Virus record (IMG/VR): IMGVR_UViG_3300010429_001883
Location: 64,001-128,000 of that record
Strand: one strand, 5' to 3'
Length of the DNA: 64,000 bases
DNA from: a virus
Lineage: Duplodnaviria; Caudoviricetes
Positions within the stretch are counted from its first letter, which is position 1. Each line of letters starts with the position of its first letter. A model generated the notes under the pieces. It had not been told where the DNA came from and searched no databases. It was given only the letters and a program-made list of their open reading frames with translations. The translations under genes and the position numbers were made by a program. Below are positions 48,901 through 58,447 of this stretch, in pieces.

Positions 48901-50936
48901 TTCAAGAGAAAATTGCTGCTGCGGCTAAAGAGGGCGCTGCGTCACAACGGCCGCTTTATTCTACTAAGCTAGAGCAGAAAATTATGGATGTGGCAAGAGC
49001 AGAAGAATCTTTACAGTTAAGTTTAGAAAAAGGAGACGCGGCGGGAGTTAGGTCGTCTCTTGTTAAATTAAAGAAAGCACAAAGAGAATACGCCACAACT
49101 CCAGGAATTGGTTTAACTGGTAAAAGGTCTATACTTCGTGATTTGGGTCCAACAGAGGGCGGCACGAGGTTTACAATTCATTCAAATATAACTGCCAAGC
49201 AATTCGAAAGCGTAGCCGAAGTTGGTGAAGTTGGTTTAATTGACCTTGGTTTTAATCAGGAGGAGATAGCAAAAATAAAAACTGCTGCCAAGAAGGCTGG
49301 CGGAGTAACGGATGTATCTGGTGTTTTGTATGGTACCAGATGGCCGATAACTTCTGGTGGTTTTTATAAATTGAAATTTAATCAAGATATAATGGATAAA
49401 ACAATTCGTACCACAACCCTTATGGACCAGTTATCTATGATTGATAGAGATAAAGACGCTATGGATGCTGTATTTTTTAGAGGTAAGGGATTGGCTGGTG
49501 CCGAACTAACGCAGGAACAGATTAAGACAATATTTGAAAGACAAAAGCAATTACTTAAAACTGCTGAGCCACTGATGTTTCAGTTTAAGTCTGCGTTTGA
49601 CTACACAAAGAGCGATGTAAAGGGGATGCCATCTTATTTTAATTCAGCTGGATTTGCTGACCTTTTAAAAGACCAAGGAATAACTGATTTTAAAGACGTA
49701 AATAAATGGAAAGAAGTTGGAACAATACAAAAACAATATGATGATATGCTGTCCTCTATTACTGGCGGTAAGGCCGACAAGCAGCTAATGGAAGAATTTA
49801 CACAATTTGAAACAGATTATGGCCACATGTTTTATAAAAATAAAGATAAAGCTATGAGGAGGCTAAGATCTGCCGAAGCATTTTCGCATATGAAACTTTT
49901 TGAACAAACGTTTGTTCGCAAAATAGGTGGCAAGGGGATTATTCCACAAACAACGAATATGACTAGATTAATGGATGTTTTGGCTCAACGTGGCGGAATA
50001 ACTGAAATGGGGGATAAAGCACGAACACAGATTCAACTGTTGGGTGAGGCTCTTTTCCAATTTCCAATTCACTCTCTTAAGCACGCCGACTCGGCGTCGA
50101 TGTTAAACTTTGCTCAGATGACAGATAGAGCTATGCAAGAACTTAAGAAAGGAAATGTTGATAAATATTTTGAAGAATTGGGTTCTTCCTCGTTTTTTAG
50201 AGAAAAATTAATAAAACCCGATTTATTAAAGAGAAAGGATTTGACCAAAGCCAAAGTAGATGCTATAATGAAAGACGAAGAACTATATAGGAAGGCATCT
50301 AAAGATTACTTTAATAAATATTATTCTGAATTGTCAACAGCTTTGAAAACCGCCGCCGGAGCAGGACCAGAGGAATTTAATGAAATTGTTCGTGGCGTCG
50401 AGGGCTTTTATTCTAAGACAGGGAATTTGGGGTATATGAATAAACGCATGGCAGCTATGGCTGCCCATACGCTTGTTCCAGAGGAAATTATATCAAAGGC
50501 AGGTATGGCGAAAAAAGATGTTGCTTTAGATGTAGCTAAAACAACATTAAAGAAGCATCCTGCTGTTGCTATTAGTGTTGGAGGAGGGGTGGCCGCTTTA
50601 GCTCTTATAGGGATGTTACAGTCTCCTAGTGATACTTCTCCATTAATTTCTCCAACTGCTGCTGATAAAGAAGCCATGAGTAAGAAAAGGCCAACATCCC
50701 CAGCAGATGCTTTGGGGATGCCAAGAGAACCAAGTTTTTTAGATAATTTGAAAAGAGCCACCGGCGGTCGATTTGCTTCCGAAGGAACAGTATCTTATGA
50801 TACAAACGGCGAACAGCTTGGCAAACAAATACAGCAAAAATTAGGATCAAATGATGTTAAAGTTAACATTATGAATCCCTATGATAGTAGAACATCTATA
50901 CGGACAAGACGCAGAATAAGCGGAGAACAACAATGA
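45987..50936 (+). CDS. Putative single-chain two-barrel (beta/beta-prime-like) RNA polymerase, likely virion-associated
   Basis: TRWP (49338) to DRDKD (49443-49457) with Arg-to-first-Asp spacing of 35 aa as in beta-prime R425/D460; LTGKRSILRDLG..TRFTI switch-2-like; GVEDLHYI and LKPGQILG beta-like segments. Confidence 0.65.
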   Translation: MPDSNEKLRVNDSRSISSFLGIAGVGAAVFAGGWHLLNNAGLREAMSGGVKGVTNVDMRAAAAKGILRQRQEDFIRPGFEAAFEANQKKFAEFGSKETLHRVNKALDTALNPKSSRIDYILKRNKQKLDKAREDLARATTPRDKERLLQRVAGKERIEKHFMSKAKQLVVDANDSLNKTLKPYLAGTDLGSLKNTKETFLAVYKSLAKTNPSEAAKLYNTVSMMSEMAASGKTISANSRIGSKFKKRGLTAVSKSRRLGFLEAGGYLEGLSKKQVKALSSSAGFRVYSRQTAGGEMAFVSFGTSNRIWSLGEAGSKSISSVYEHVGSGGGILSGMLVKKAGGQFEEVKGSTYVLSKIAETAEMAGKAISKEDEEILSALYAHRTSNTAALWQAHGTNSPLRGFATNRALVEEMVLDRGFMHNTEAVSELSSKLANQGYVPAAGGSAIETVYKMFGFDEKGQKIATGLGAETYKFNVWDEASGWLPKEMKMADWLMQHHGKFKDQFELYRAHMKMDYLVSSAEEGDKFFQPLSKTQAKLRVNAGVLSNKQFQDFRELSALAQELKGNVKSFKETDILDALTGGKVSQKLLKNLGISEGSVIDRTKAAAIAKQFAKMGQVGVEDLHYIANIGAGQALGSKEFMQRINSIEFASVFDVDDFSSDIVEKINRAKPGETIEIKNLKPGQILGRKDNRSIRLAKDGTRKYRAEIMKTEKGYKVIAYGQHAHREYMSKTARSFTGAGENLDRRLVVMGDLRGGLSHAKELMSTIGGKKYQDTMEAVTALLSGGKSLDLLYGEDILSNAPSYVKTMAVKSMEQTKKTGKYVPLMIQSYFSLWAAGAAHIGSKAKGDILHAQMMRNMGLDFMIPKYFAKMTSLNKEGLQLALKMTEAYQTGTDAVGDLIKTQVSNVNELREVLGKGIASEEYAGGFKYKSRKGLIDEVRKMYGDTDPKISKLLDSIKDQEYYYMPGARSGLQEKIAAAAKEGAASQRPLYSTKLEQKIMDVARAEESLQLSLEKGDAAGVRSSLVKLKKAQREYATTPGIGLTGKRSILRDLGPTEGGTRFTIHSNITAKQFESVAEVGEVGLIDLGFNQEEIAKIKTAAKKAGGVTDVSGVLYGTRWPITSGGFYKLKFNQDIMDKTIRTTTLMDQLSMIDRDKDAMDAVFFRGKGLAGAELTQEQIKTIFERQKQLLKTAEPLMFQFKSAFDYTKSDVKGMPSYFNSAGFADLLKDQGITDFKDVNKWKEVGTIQKQYDDMLSSITGGKADKQLMEEFTQFETDYGHMFYKNKDKAMRRLRSAEAFSHMKLFEQTFVRKIGGKGIIPQTTNMTRLMDVLAQRGGITEMGDKARTQIQLLGEALFQFPIHSLKHADSASMLNFAQMTDRAMQELKKGNVDKYFEELGSSSFFREKLIKPDLLKRKDLTKAKVDAIMKDEELYRKASKDYFNKYYSELSTALKTAAGAGPEEFNEIVRGVEGFYSKTGNLGYMNKRMAAMAAHTLVPEEIISKAGMAKKDVALDVAKTTLKKHPAVAISVGGGVAALALIGMLQSPSDTSPLISPTAADKEAMSKKRPTSPADALGMPREPSFLDNLKRATGGRFASEGTVSYDTNGEQLGKQIQQKLGSNDVKVNIMNPYDSRTSIRTRRRISGEQQ

Positions 50937-53900
50937 AGGATAATGACGTATTAGCATTTAAATCTTTAGACCATCCAGCTCAGTCGGAGTTTACAATTGG
51001 TTACATTAAATTAGAAGTACCTCCCTCTGATATACATGTCACTAAAAGTACCAATTCTATGTTTTTGGGGGCTTTAAGAAGTCCTGCTGATACGCCATTT
51101 AAAACCGGATATTCAAATTGGGATATAACAGTTCGTATGCAGTTTTATGGTGAAGAAGAAATTGCTTCCAAGCTTCTTCCAATTGTTGGGATGTGTAAAG
51201 TTGCTCCCATTGTAAATGTAAATAATTTGACAATAAAAGAGCAGCTTTTTGGGCATTTGGCAGGAACTTTAGGTGCTTCTACTGCTGTGGATGATTTAGA
51301 CTTTTTAGGAACTCTTAATTACTATTATTCAAAAGATAACACTATTTCTGTTATTATTGAAGGAATGTCAATAAATGTTATGTCTCAATATGGCGGGCTG
51401 TGTCTAGATGTTAATTTATATTTGAAATATTATAATCACCATGCAGTCAGTCCTTATTTTAGAATTAATGAAGAAAAACTCAAGGGAAGAGTTGACAGAT
51501 GGATACAACAAGCTAAATTAAATTATGATACGCACGTTAATGCTATAAAAAATTTTAAAGTTAATTTAAATTCTGATAATGAATTTATGGTGGTTGGTAG
51601 ATATTTTCATGCTATCTCTACTGGTGGTGTATCCTTTGGAACTCTTATAGAGCTTTTAAAATCAATGGCTGTGCCAGAAAAAGATAGAGCAGATGCAATT
51701 AATGATATATTAGAGAAAGATAAATATAAGAGAGATCTCTATAATAAAAAAATGGAAGAGCTGGAAAAAACGTTACAAGAAGCACAAGCTAAGGAACGTG
51801 CCAGCCAACAAACTAAACCTGATCCCCAAAAAGAGGGAGCAAGCAGTAAAATAAAATTAGGGTGGCCTTTAAAACAACATACAATTGTACATGATTGGGG
51901 AGAATCTGGACATACGATTACCAGATCTAATCCAACAGGAGTCCATGAGGGAGTTGATTTGAGGGCTGCACAAAGAACACCGGTATTCGCAGCTGAATCA
52001 GGAAAGGTTGTAACGGCTTCTGAAGATACTCAGTATAGTGGTGGTTTAGTTGTTATATCTCATGAAGGTGGAATTACAACACACTATGCACACTTAAGTC
52101 AAGTGTGGGTCAGAGTTGGTATGAAGGTGGAAAAGGGACAGCAAATAGGAGAATCTGGGGGTACGCCAGGAACAAAGGGCGCGGGTTCTTCGAGTGGACC
52201 GCACCTACATTTTGCTGTTAAGGAAAAAGGCAAGCCAGTTGACCCAAAATTATATTTAGATTTAAATGATAATTATAAAAACATTCGTCCAATAGCAGCC
52301 GGAGCACAGACGCCTGAAATAAATATTGGTAAAACGCCGTATCAAGAAATAAGAGATTCAGAGCAGCTAAGGGCAGCAGCCGAAGATATAAAAAATAAGT
52401 TAGAAGACGGATGGACAGTTGATATAATGAAAACGGACGAAAACTACATAGTCTTTTTTAAAGAATTTGGTATTCCGTTTTTTAAAGATTTCAATATTTC
52501 TAGTTATATGGATTATGATATACAGGGGTTTAAACTTGTTGATACAAGAGCAAGAATAATTCTTAACAGTATAGGCATATCATTAAAAAATAAATTTGTT
52601 CCTATTCCTATTGCCGGGTACCCAATGCCGTTTTATCAGCATTTGGGCGGATGTAATGTTTCTGTTGGTGTGGGGGGCTTGGCACTAGTTGATGAGAAGA
52701 CTGGAACATGTACTCCGCTATCTAATTTACAGGCCTTATATAACTTGAAAGAAGTTCAATTCTTAGCTTTGCGTGGTAAAATTGATTACACGCCTGGTTC
52801 TAATTATGATATACAAGGAGTAAGAATACTTAATAAACCGCTGGGTCTTCTTGGTCTTGTTAATTTTGTTATCTCTGATTTGGCTGTTGGTACAGTACCT
52901 GACACGCCGAACGCTATGAATGTTAATTTAAACATGTTTGAGAACTATGTCTATGATAATACAATTTATAATGATTCAGGTAATATTAGTATTTTTCAGG
53001 ACTATATTTTACCAGATTTAATAGTTGATGAACTTAAAAAATTAGGCCCAATAGAGGCAAAGAACCTTGGGCCGGAAACATTTAAGCTATACTTACAAAT
53101 ACAAGTTTGGGACAAGTTTGAAAGAGATAATCCCAACTATATGAAGAATATAAATAACGATGCCAAATTGGTTGAAGCCACTAAGAAAACTATAGAAGGT
53201 TGGGCCAACGTAGAAAAACTAAACAGCCTTTTGCCTGCTGGTGGTTTAGAGGATTATCAGAAATTAATGGGTGGGAGTTTTTTACACGGATCGATTGTCC
53301 AGACGCTTGTGTGGATGACTTCTATGGGCGTTCCAGGTACAGGGACTGTCGCAGCAGGACCAATTCCATCTTTACCGTTGCTTTTTGCTAAGCCAGTTAC
53401 AGAAATAATTGATGTATACTTTATGCCATCTATTAAGCAAGCAAGCTGGATGGAGCATGCACAAACAAGGCGAGAGTATATTCAAGATTTTTACACAAAA
53501 AATTGTGATAAAGATCCATTTTTGATCTGGATAAGGGATAAAATCAATCGTGGCGAGTATACGCACGAACTCAAGAATAGATTTAATTTTGATATGGATG
53601 CATTGACAAGGACGTGTTATCCAGATCTTTTATTACAGAGGGGAGAAGACCCTGGTGCATATATAGATTCTGGGCTAGAACCAGACCCAGAACAGATGAG
53701 TCAATTATGTGCAGAATCGGTTGTCGTTTCTAACGCCGCCATTCAAAATATAAAAGAACATTATTCTGGTTTACTTCGGTATAAAACAGTAGAATTAAGT
53801 TATGCGGAGGGGGCAGAAGACAAGGGTCAGGGTGTTTTAAATAAACCAGAGACAGAGCCTTTGAAGCATTCTAGTTCAGACGGCCCATATGAAACCAATG

Positions 53901-56845
53901 CCTCATCCTATATTAATTTAATGACGGCTGTTGATACAAACGGCGGTACTCATCTAGTTGTTGATCAATTTACATACGATACAAGTTTTCCTACTTTTAA
54001 GATATATTTAATAGAAGACGTAGCTGCTGACGATTCTTCGGAGTTTCTGGGGTTAAAACAAGTAGAGTGGGATAAGTTTTACAGTTACTCCGCTGTTACT
54101 GAAATTGAGGTAGCTAGGTTTAAGCATGATGTAGATGTTGCAGTTATTAAATTCTTAAATACGTTTGGTAATTTAACAACAAAAATTTATGGAGCAGATG
54201 TTTATTTAACGCAAGAATTTAGTAGAGACGTTATTGAAAAAGATTTTGAAAATAGATACAGACTGCAACGAATGGATAATGGAACACTTGTCCAAATGGA
54301 TAGGTTTACAAACGAATTGATGCCTATAACTAAAATGTTTTTACAGGCAGGAACAAAAATACTTATTAAACTAGGATACCATAATTTAGAACATAAATTG
54401 CCAACAGTATTTACAGGGCTGGTTACAGAGGTGCAGCCAGGGGAAATAGTTACTGTTGTATGCCAGGGATTTTTAAGTGAACTTTTGGCTCCATTAGATG
54501 GTAGGTTTCCCTCTAGCTTTGGTGGGAAAATTAGACAGTTGCTTGGTTTGGACGCTACAAGTTCCGGGTTAATGGAAGATGCGTCCACCTATTTAGCGCA
54601 CAATGCGGAGCTTATGACTTATTATGGTCAAAAAATATATGAAGATCCGACATACGCTGCCAGGCTATTTAATGTAGTTAATCATTATAATTCACTTACG
54701 TCACTTTATGATAGATTTATGGGAAAATCGCAGCCAACCGCTTCTGGTAAAATGGGGGGACAGGGCATTGATCCAAGACTTAGAAAAATACATAGAGCTG
54801 TCCACCTAAACAACGCCTGTACGGCAGTTATAGTACAGAAATTGTTGGAACATCCTGCAGCTATACACTTTGGTGGGTGGTACCTAACTAATTCTGGAAT
54901 GGATGGGTCAGCTACAATGTTTGGTGGATTTTTTGATGTGTGGATAGGACAGAGCAATAGATCAATAGAAAACATTGATCCTGTTTTATTAAGTGCGTGG
55001 CAGAAGGACAATAACTTATTAGCGATTTATCCGACTTTTCCTACTTTTTATGTTAATGATAAGAATATGTCCACAGTTTGGGAAACAATAAGAGAACTTG
55101 GATATAGACATCCAACACATATTACGACAGTACGTCCATATGGTACCAATGCTTCTCTTATAATGAAAGAAAGGACCGATACATACAAAACATCTGGTTT
55201 AAGTTTTTATGGAAACACTAGAACTGAAATTGTTCAAACTAATATTTTTGCTAAGTTTTTGAACGAAGAATACAATATAAAAACTTTTACTGATGACATG
55301 TTTAAAATTTATCATGGTGCCACATTTGATAATTTCAATAATTATGTTGCAATAACAGCGGAAACAAAGAAAGCCATACAAGACTATATTTTGTACTATG
55401 GCAAGCCCACTAAGCAACAAATTTATTATGTTTCCGCAGATAAAGTAATGGCAAAAAATGAAATATATTTTGAAGAGTCTTTGCCTGCTGGTACCGTTTT
55501 TGTGAAACCATCGGATATTTGGACGGTGGCTTTACAAATGGGGAAGTTAGAATTTTTTAAGCTTTTTTTGCCTGCCGATATGTATCTTGTTTTGGCTGAT
55601 AAATTTACTAATTTTAAAGCTAAACAAGCAAAAATAGATCCAGTACTTGGGCCACAGCTTTCAGTTGAAAGAGAAGTAGAACCAGTAACAATGCCACACT
55701 ATGTTAGCGATAAAGTTAATATGGTTTTTAATAATATAAGAACTAATGAAAACATATTTAATGCTGTTCTTATAAAGAAAGATGTAGAAGACATAGCATT
55801 AGAAAGTATGATTGCCTTAGATGACAATATTTTAGATTCTCATAAAAAGGTGTTTAATTATACAAGTAAAAACATACAAGCAAATGCTGAAGACATGGAT
55901 GCTAGAAAATTTAATGATTTGCAGGCACTATATGGATTTTCTATTTTAATGGAAAAACTTGCACAAATGTATAAAGGCGAGTTAGCTATGGTAGGTAATC
56001 CAAACATACGTCCATTTGATACCATAGTTTTGGATGATGCTCAATCGCAACTTTATGGGTCTTTCGAAGTAGCCTCTGTGATCCACAGGTTTACACAAGA
56101 TGAAGGTTTCGTAACTTTTGTTGAGCCACACCTCATATCAAATGTTTCCAATTATGCCCTGGCGGCTGCACAGGGTAGAATAGAGGATATGGTAAGAGAG
56201 GGTAATAAACAATCTAGATTTTTACGATCAAGAGAAGAAAGAAATATATATTCCTCTAGTGAGACGGCTAGAGAATTTATGAAAACAAACCCCAACGCTA
56301 GTGGTGATTTTATAACATCAACAGGCAGCAATGCATCTCAGTTGCTGTTAAAATATTTTGCTGCAGGAACTACGGGTGGTTTGTCTGGTCTAATAGCAAG
56401 CACAGAAATGGGTAGAAGTTTTTTTGATGATGAGGGGGCTAAGGGGGCTGAGATAGGTGCTTATATTGGCATGTATCAGGCTGCAGATGCCTATGTACTA
56501 GGAGATTGGATTAGCGCCGCATCGAAAGCAAGAAGTCTGCCTATGTTCATGTTTAGTAGATTTTTTCCTAGCTGGGCATCAACGTTATCTAACTACATGT
56601 ATCATGCCGGGCCATATAGACAGCCTATTGTTATCAAGCCGTTAACATTAAGATCTGTTCCATTTATAGCTGGAATAAAGGGGGCTGTATTTAATAGTTG
56701 GTTCGATAGCGCAACTATGGGGCTTTCAAGAGCAATAAAAGCGTTACCGGAAGAATTTGTGGCGTTAAATAAAGGACTTCGTAGTATGATTAGGGCATAC
56801 AACCATACAATTGGATCTAAATTTAAGTTCTTGAGGTTTAATTAA
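50933..56845 (+). CDS. Baseplate hub/tail-associated lysin with M23 peptidase domain
   Basis: HEGVDLRA, HYAHL, GPHLHF (about 51860-52260); GTKILIKLGY..VFTG..VCQGF and GELAMVGNPNIRPFD..SVIHRF hub-like motifs. Confidence 0.8.
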   Translation: MKDNDVLAFKSLDHPAQSEFTIGYIKLEVPPSDIHVTKSTNSMFLGALRSPADTPFKTGYSNWDITVRMQFYGEEEIASKLLPIVGMCKVAPIVNVNNLTIKEQLFGHLAGTLGASTAVDDLDFLGTLNYYYSKDNTISVIIEGMSINVMSQYGGLCLDVNLYLKYYNHHAVSPYFRINEEKLKGRVDRWIQQAKLNYDTHVNAIKNFKVNLNSDNEFMVVGRYFHAISTGGVSFGTLIELLKSMAVPEKDRADAINDILEKDKYKRDLYNKKMEELEKTLQEAQAKERASQQTKPDPQKEGASSKIKLGWPLKQHTIVHDWGESGHTITRSNPTGVHEGVDLRAAQRTPVFAAESGKVVTASEDTQYSGGLVVISHEGGITTHYAHLSQVWVRVGMKVEKGQQIGESGGTPGTKGAGSSSGPHLHFAVKEKGKPVDPKLYLDLNDNYKNIRPIAAGAQTPEINIGKTPYQEIRDSEQLRAAAEDIKNKLEDGWTVDIMKTDENYIVFFKEFGIPFFKDFNISSYMDYDIQGFKLVDTRARIILNSIGISLKNKFVPIPIAGYPMPFYQHLGGCNVSVGVGGLALVDEKTGTCTPLSNLQALYNLKEVQFLALRGKIDYTPGSNYDIQGVRILNKPLGLLGLVNFVISDLAVGTVPDTPNAMNVNLNMFENYVYDNTIYNDSGNISIFQDYILPDLIVDELKKLGPIEAKNLGPETFKLYLQIQVWDKFERDNPNYMKNINNDAKLVEATKKTIEGWANVEKLNSLLPAGGLEDYQKLMGGSFLHGSIVQTLVWMTSMGVPGTGTVAAGPIPSLPLLFAKPVTEIIDVYFMPSIKQASWMEHAQTRREYIQDFYTKNCDKDPFLIWIRDKINRGEYTHELKNRFNFDMDALTRTCYPDLLLQRGEDPGAYIDSGLEPDPEQMSQLCAESVVVSNAAIQNIKEHYSGLLRYKTVELSYAEGAEDKGQGVLNKPETEPLKHSSSDGPYETNASSYINLMTAVDTNGGTHLVVDQFTYDTSFPTFKIYLIEDVAADDSSEFLGLKQVEWDKFYSYSAVTEIEVARFKHDVDVAVIKFLNTFGNLTTKIYGADVYLTQEFSRDVIEKDFENRYRLQRMDNGTLVQMDRFTNELMPITKMFLQAGTKILIKLGYHNLEHKLPTVFTGLVTEVQPGEIVTVVCQGFLSELLAPLDGRFPSSFGGKIRQLLGLDATSSGLMEDASTYLAHNAELMTYYGQKIYEDPTYAARLFNVVNHYNSLTSLYDRFMGKSQPTASGKMGGQGIDPRLRKIHRAVHLNNACTAVIVQKLLEHPAAIHFGGWYLTNSGMDGSATMFGGFFDVWIGQSNRSIENIDPVLLSAWQKDNNLLAIYPTFPTFYVNDKNMSTVWETIRELGYRHPTHITTVRPYGTNASLIMKERTDTYKTSGLSFYGNTRTEIVQTNIFAKFLNEEYNIKTFTDDMFKIYHGATFDNFNNYVAITAETKKAIQDYILYYGKPTKQQIYYVSADKVMAKNEIYFEESLPAGTVFVKPSDIWTVALQMGKLEFFKLFLPADMYLVLADKFTNFKAKQAKIDPVLGPQLSVEREVEPVTMPHYVSDKVNMVFNNIRTNENIFNAVLIKKDVEDIALESMIALDDNILDSHKKVFNYTSKNIQANAEDMDARKFNDLQALYGFSILMEKLAQMYKGELAMVGNPNIRPFDTIVLDDAQSQLYGSFEVASVIHRFTQDEGFVTFVEPHLISNVSNYALAAAQGRIEDMVREGNKQSRFLRSREERNIYSSSETAREFMKTNPNASGDFITSTGSNASQLLLKYFAAGTTGGLSGLIASTEMGRSFFDDEGAKGAEIGAYIGMYQAADAYVLGDWISAASKARSLPMFMFSRFFPSWASTLSNYMYHAGPYRQPIVIKPLTLRSVPFIAGIKGAVFNSWFDSATMGLSRAIKALPEEFVALNKGLRSMIRAYNHTIGSKFKFLRFN

Positions 56846-57558
56846 TGAGTAAGCGTATAGTGAGGGGTATTTTATCTCCATGTAAGGTCAATATTGGCGG
56901 AAAAGAATATATCTGCCCAAAATCTAAAGGCTGGTGGCAAGATGAGTGGGTTTTGCTTAATAATAATAAAACTAGAGCTGTTAAAGCCGCTTGCCCTAAA
57001 TGTACACTTTTGCATCACGCAGAGAAAATATGGGAGAACAAAATTCAAGAAAAATACCCGAAAGATTGGGTATATGGCGTAACGCAACCAACAGAAAATC
57101 CAATTTTACATATTCCAAAAAAGTATAATGATTATGATGCAGATGGATATGATTACTATGGGTATATGGCTAGTTATGAAGATAATGCCGGAAAATTAGA
57201 TCTAAGATTTAGATTAATGGATACTGTAAAAGATTTTGAAGAAGCATGTGAGTGGATAACATGTCGCGGTCCGTTTAGAATACCTAAATCTATTGGAGAA
57301 TTAGATTCGACTGGCCATTACCAACCACTAGAAAGCGTATATGCTTTAGTAGATGCTTCTCCTATTAGGCATCTTTCCGGATTTAAAGACTATATGTTAG
57401 AAGTTCAGGGTACGCTACTAAAGGATGATGACATTGAAAATAAAACGCAACCGAGAGCAGACTCTGTTGAAGATAGAAAGGATACTGTTTGTGTTGCCAT
57501 GTTAACGTATTCTGGTGCTTCTGGTAAAGATAATGGTGGCAATGGTGCTTTTTCTTAA
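56845..57558 (+). CDS. Hypothetical protein in baseplate region
   Basis: 237-aa ORF with Cys motifs. Confidence 0.5.
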   Translation: MSKRIVRGILSPCKVNIGGKEYICPKSKGWWQDEWVLLNNNKTRAVKAACPKCTLLHHAEKIWENKIQEKYPKDWVYGVTQPTENPILHIPKKYNDYDADGYDYYGYMASYEDNAGKLDLRFRLMDTVKDFEEACEWITCRGPFRIPKSIGELDSTGHYQPLESVYALVDASPIRHLSGFKDYMLEVQGTLLKDDDIENKTQPRADSVEDRKDTVCVAMLTYSGASGKDNGGNGAFS

Positions 57559-57570
57559 TGTTTTAATGAA

Positions 57571-57578
57571 CATACTAT
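57571..57578 (+). promoter_or_regulatory. YATACTAT motif, putative late promoter
   Basis: CATACTAT in gap, followed by palindrome TTACTTAAGTAA and GGAGG. Confidence 0.55.
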
Positions 57579-57603
57579 TACTTAAGTAAGGTGGAGGTTT
57601 ATA

Positions 57604-57978
57604 ATGAGTTCAGTACGTGGCCATCATAAAATGCAAGACCCTGCTATACCGAAATTTATGTATAGTGGCAATACGTATGAAAATCAAGCATTTATATTTT
57701 TAGATCCTAACTATGTGGCTATTGCTGCCAACATGGAAGATAGCTATGATGTTGGGCTGGTATTGCATAAGCACCTGGGGACGATTGTTCAGGGACCGTT
57801 TGCGATGAATGCGGCACTAAATCAAATTCGTGTGGGCCCAAAATCCTGTTTTAATCCACTGCTTGAGTCGTATGTTCCATCCACACTTTATACGCCAATT
57901 CCAGTTCTTTGGCCGAAAACACCATTTTCTATTGATACTTCGGGTATTACTTCGGCCATCAACTCTAGCATGACTTAA
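57604..57978 (+). CDS. Hypothetical baseplate-region protein
   Basis: Strong SD; PSTLYTPIPV. Confidence 0.55.
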   Translation: MSSVRGHHKMQDPAIPKFMYSGNTYENQAFIFLDPNYVAIAANMEDSYDVGLVLHKHLGTIVQGPFAMNAALNQIRVGPKSCFNPLLESYVPSTLYTPIPVLWPKTPFSIDTSGITSAINSSMT

Positions 57979-57989
57979 TAGGAGAATAT

Positions 57990-58433
57990 ATGTGGAGTAC
58001 TAGGGTTAACTTTAATGATCTCTTGACAAGTTACTTCGGTGACTTTATAATAGATAAAAATGATTTAATTGATACATTTACTTTTGAGGATACTAGAGAG
58101 GATTTGTTTGGAGTATCATTAAAGCAAGAAGTAATCAAGCGGGTGGAGGCTTACGATGCTGATTGGCAACTTCACCCGGAATTTAATACGAATTTAAGGG
58201 ATCTTATAGGTACGGTTGCGGATATAGATTATGTCATGCGTAGTGGTGAATTTTCTATTAGAAAGATTCTTACATTTGATAATTTTATTGATACCAGTGA
58301 TTTAAGTATTTATCCAATACGAATTGGTCCAACTACAGTTCTTTTCGCTGTAGTAATTAATACGTCGGGCGGAAAGTATAAGCTAGCATTTAATTATGAT
58401 TTAGACCAGACTATTTTTAGGCACATTTATTAA
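57990..58433 (+). CDS. Baseplate wedge gp25-like protein
   Basis: DWQLHPEFNTNLRDLIG; precedes baseplate J. Confidence 0.7.
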   Translation: MWSTRVNFNDLLTSYFGDFIIDKNDLIDTFTFEDTREDLFGVSLKQEVIKRVEAYDADWQLHPEFNTNLRDLIGTVADIDYVMRSGEFSIRKILTFDNFIDTSDLSIYPIRIGPTTVLFAVVINTSGGKYKLAFNYDLDQTIFRHIY

Positions 58434-58447
58434 GTAGGAGTTAGAAC

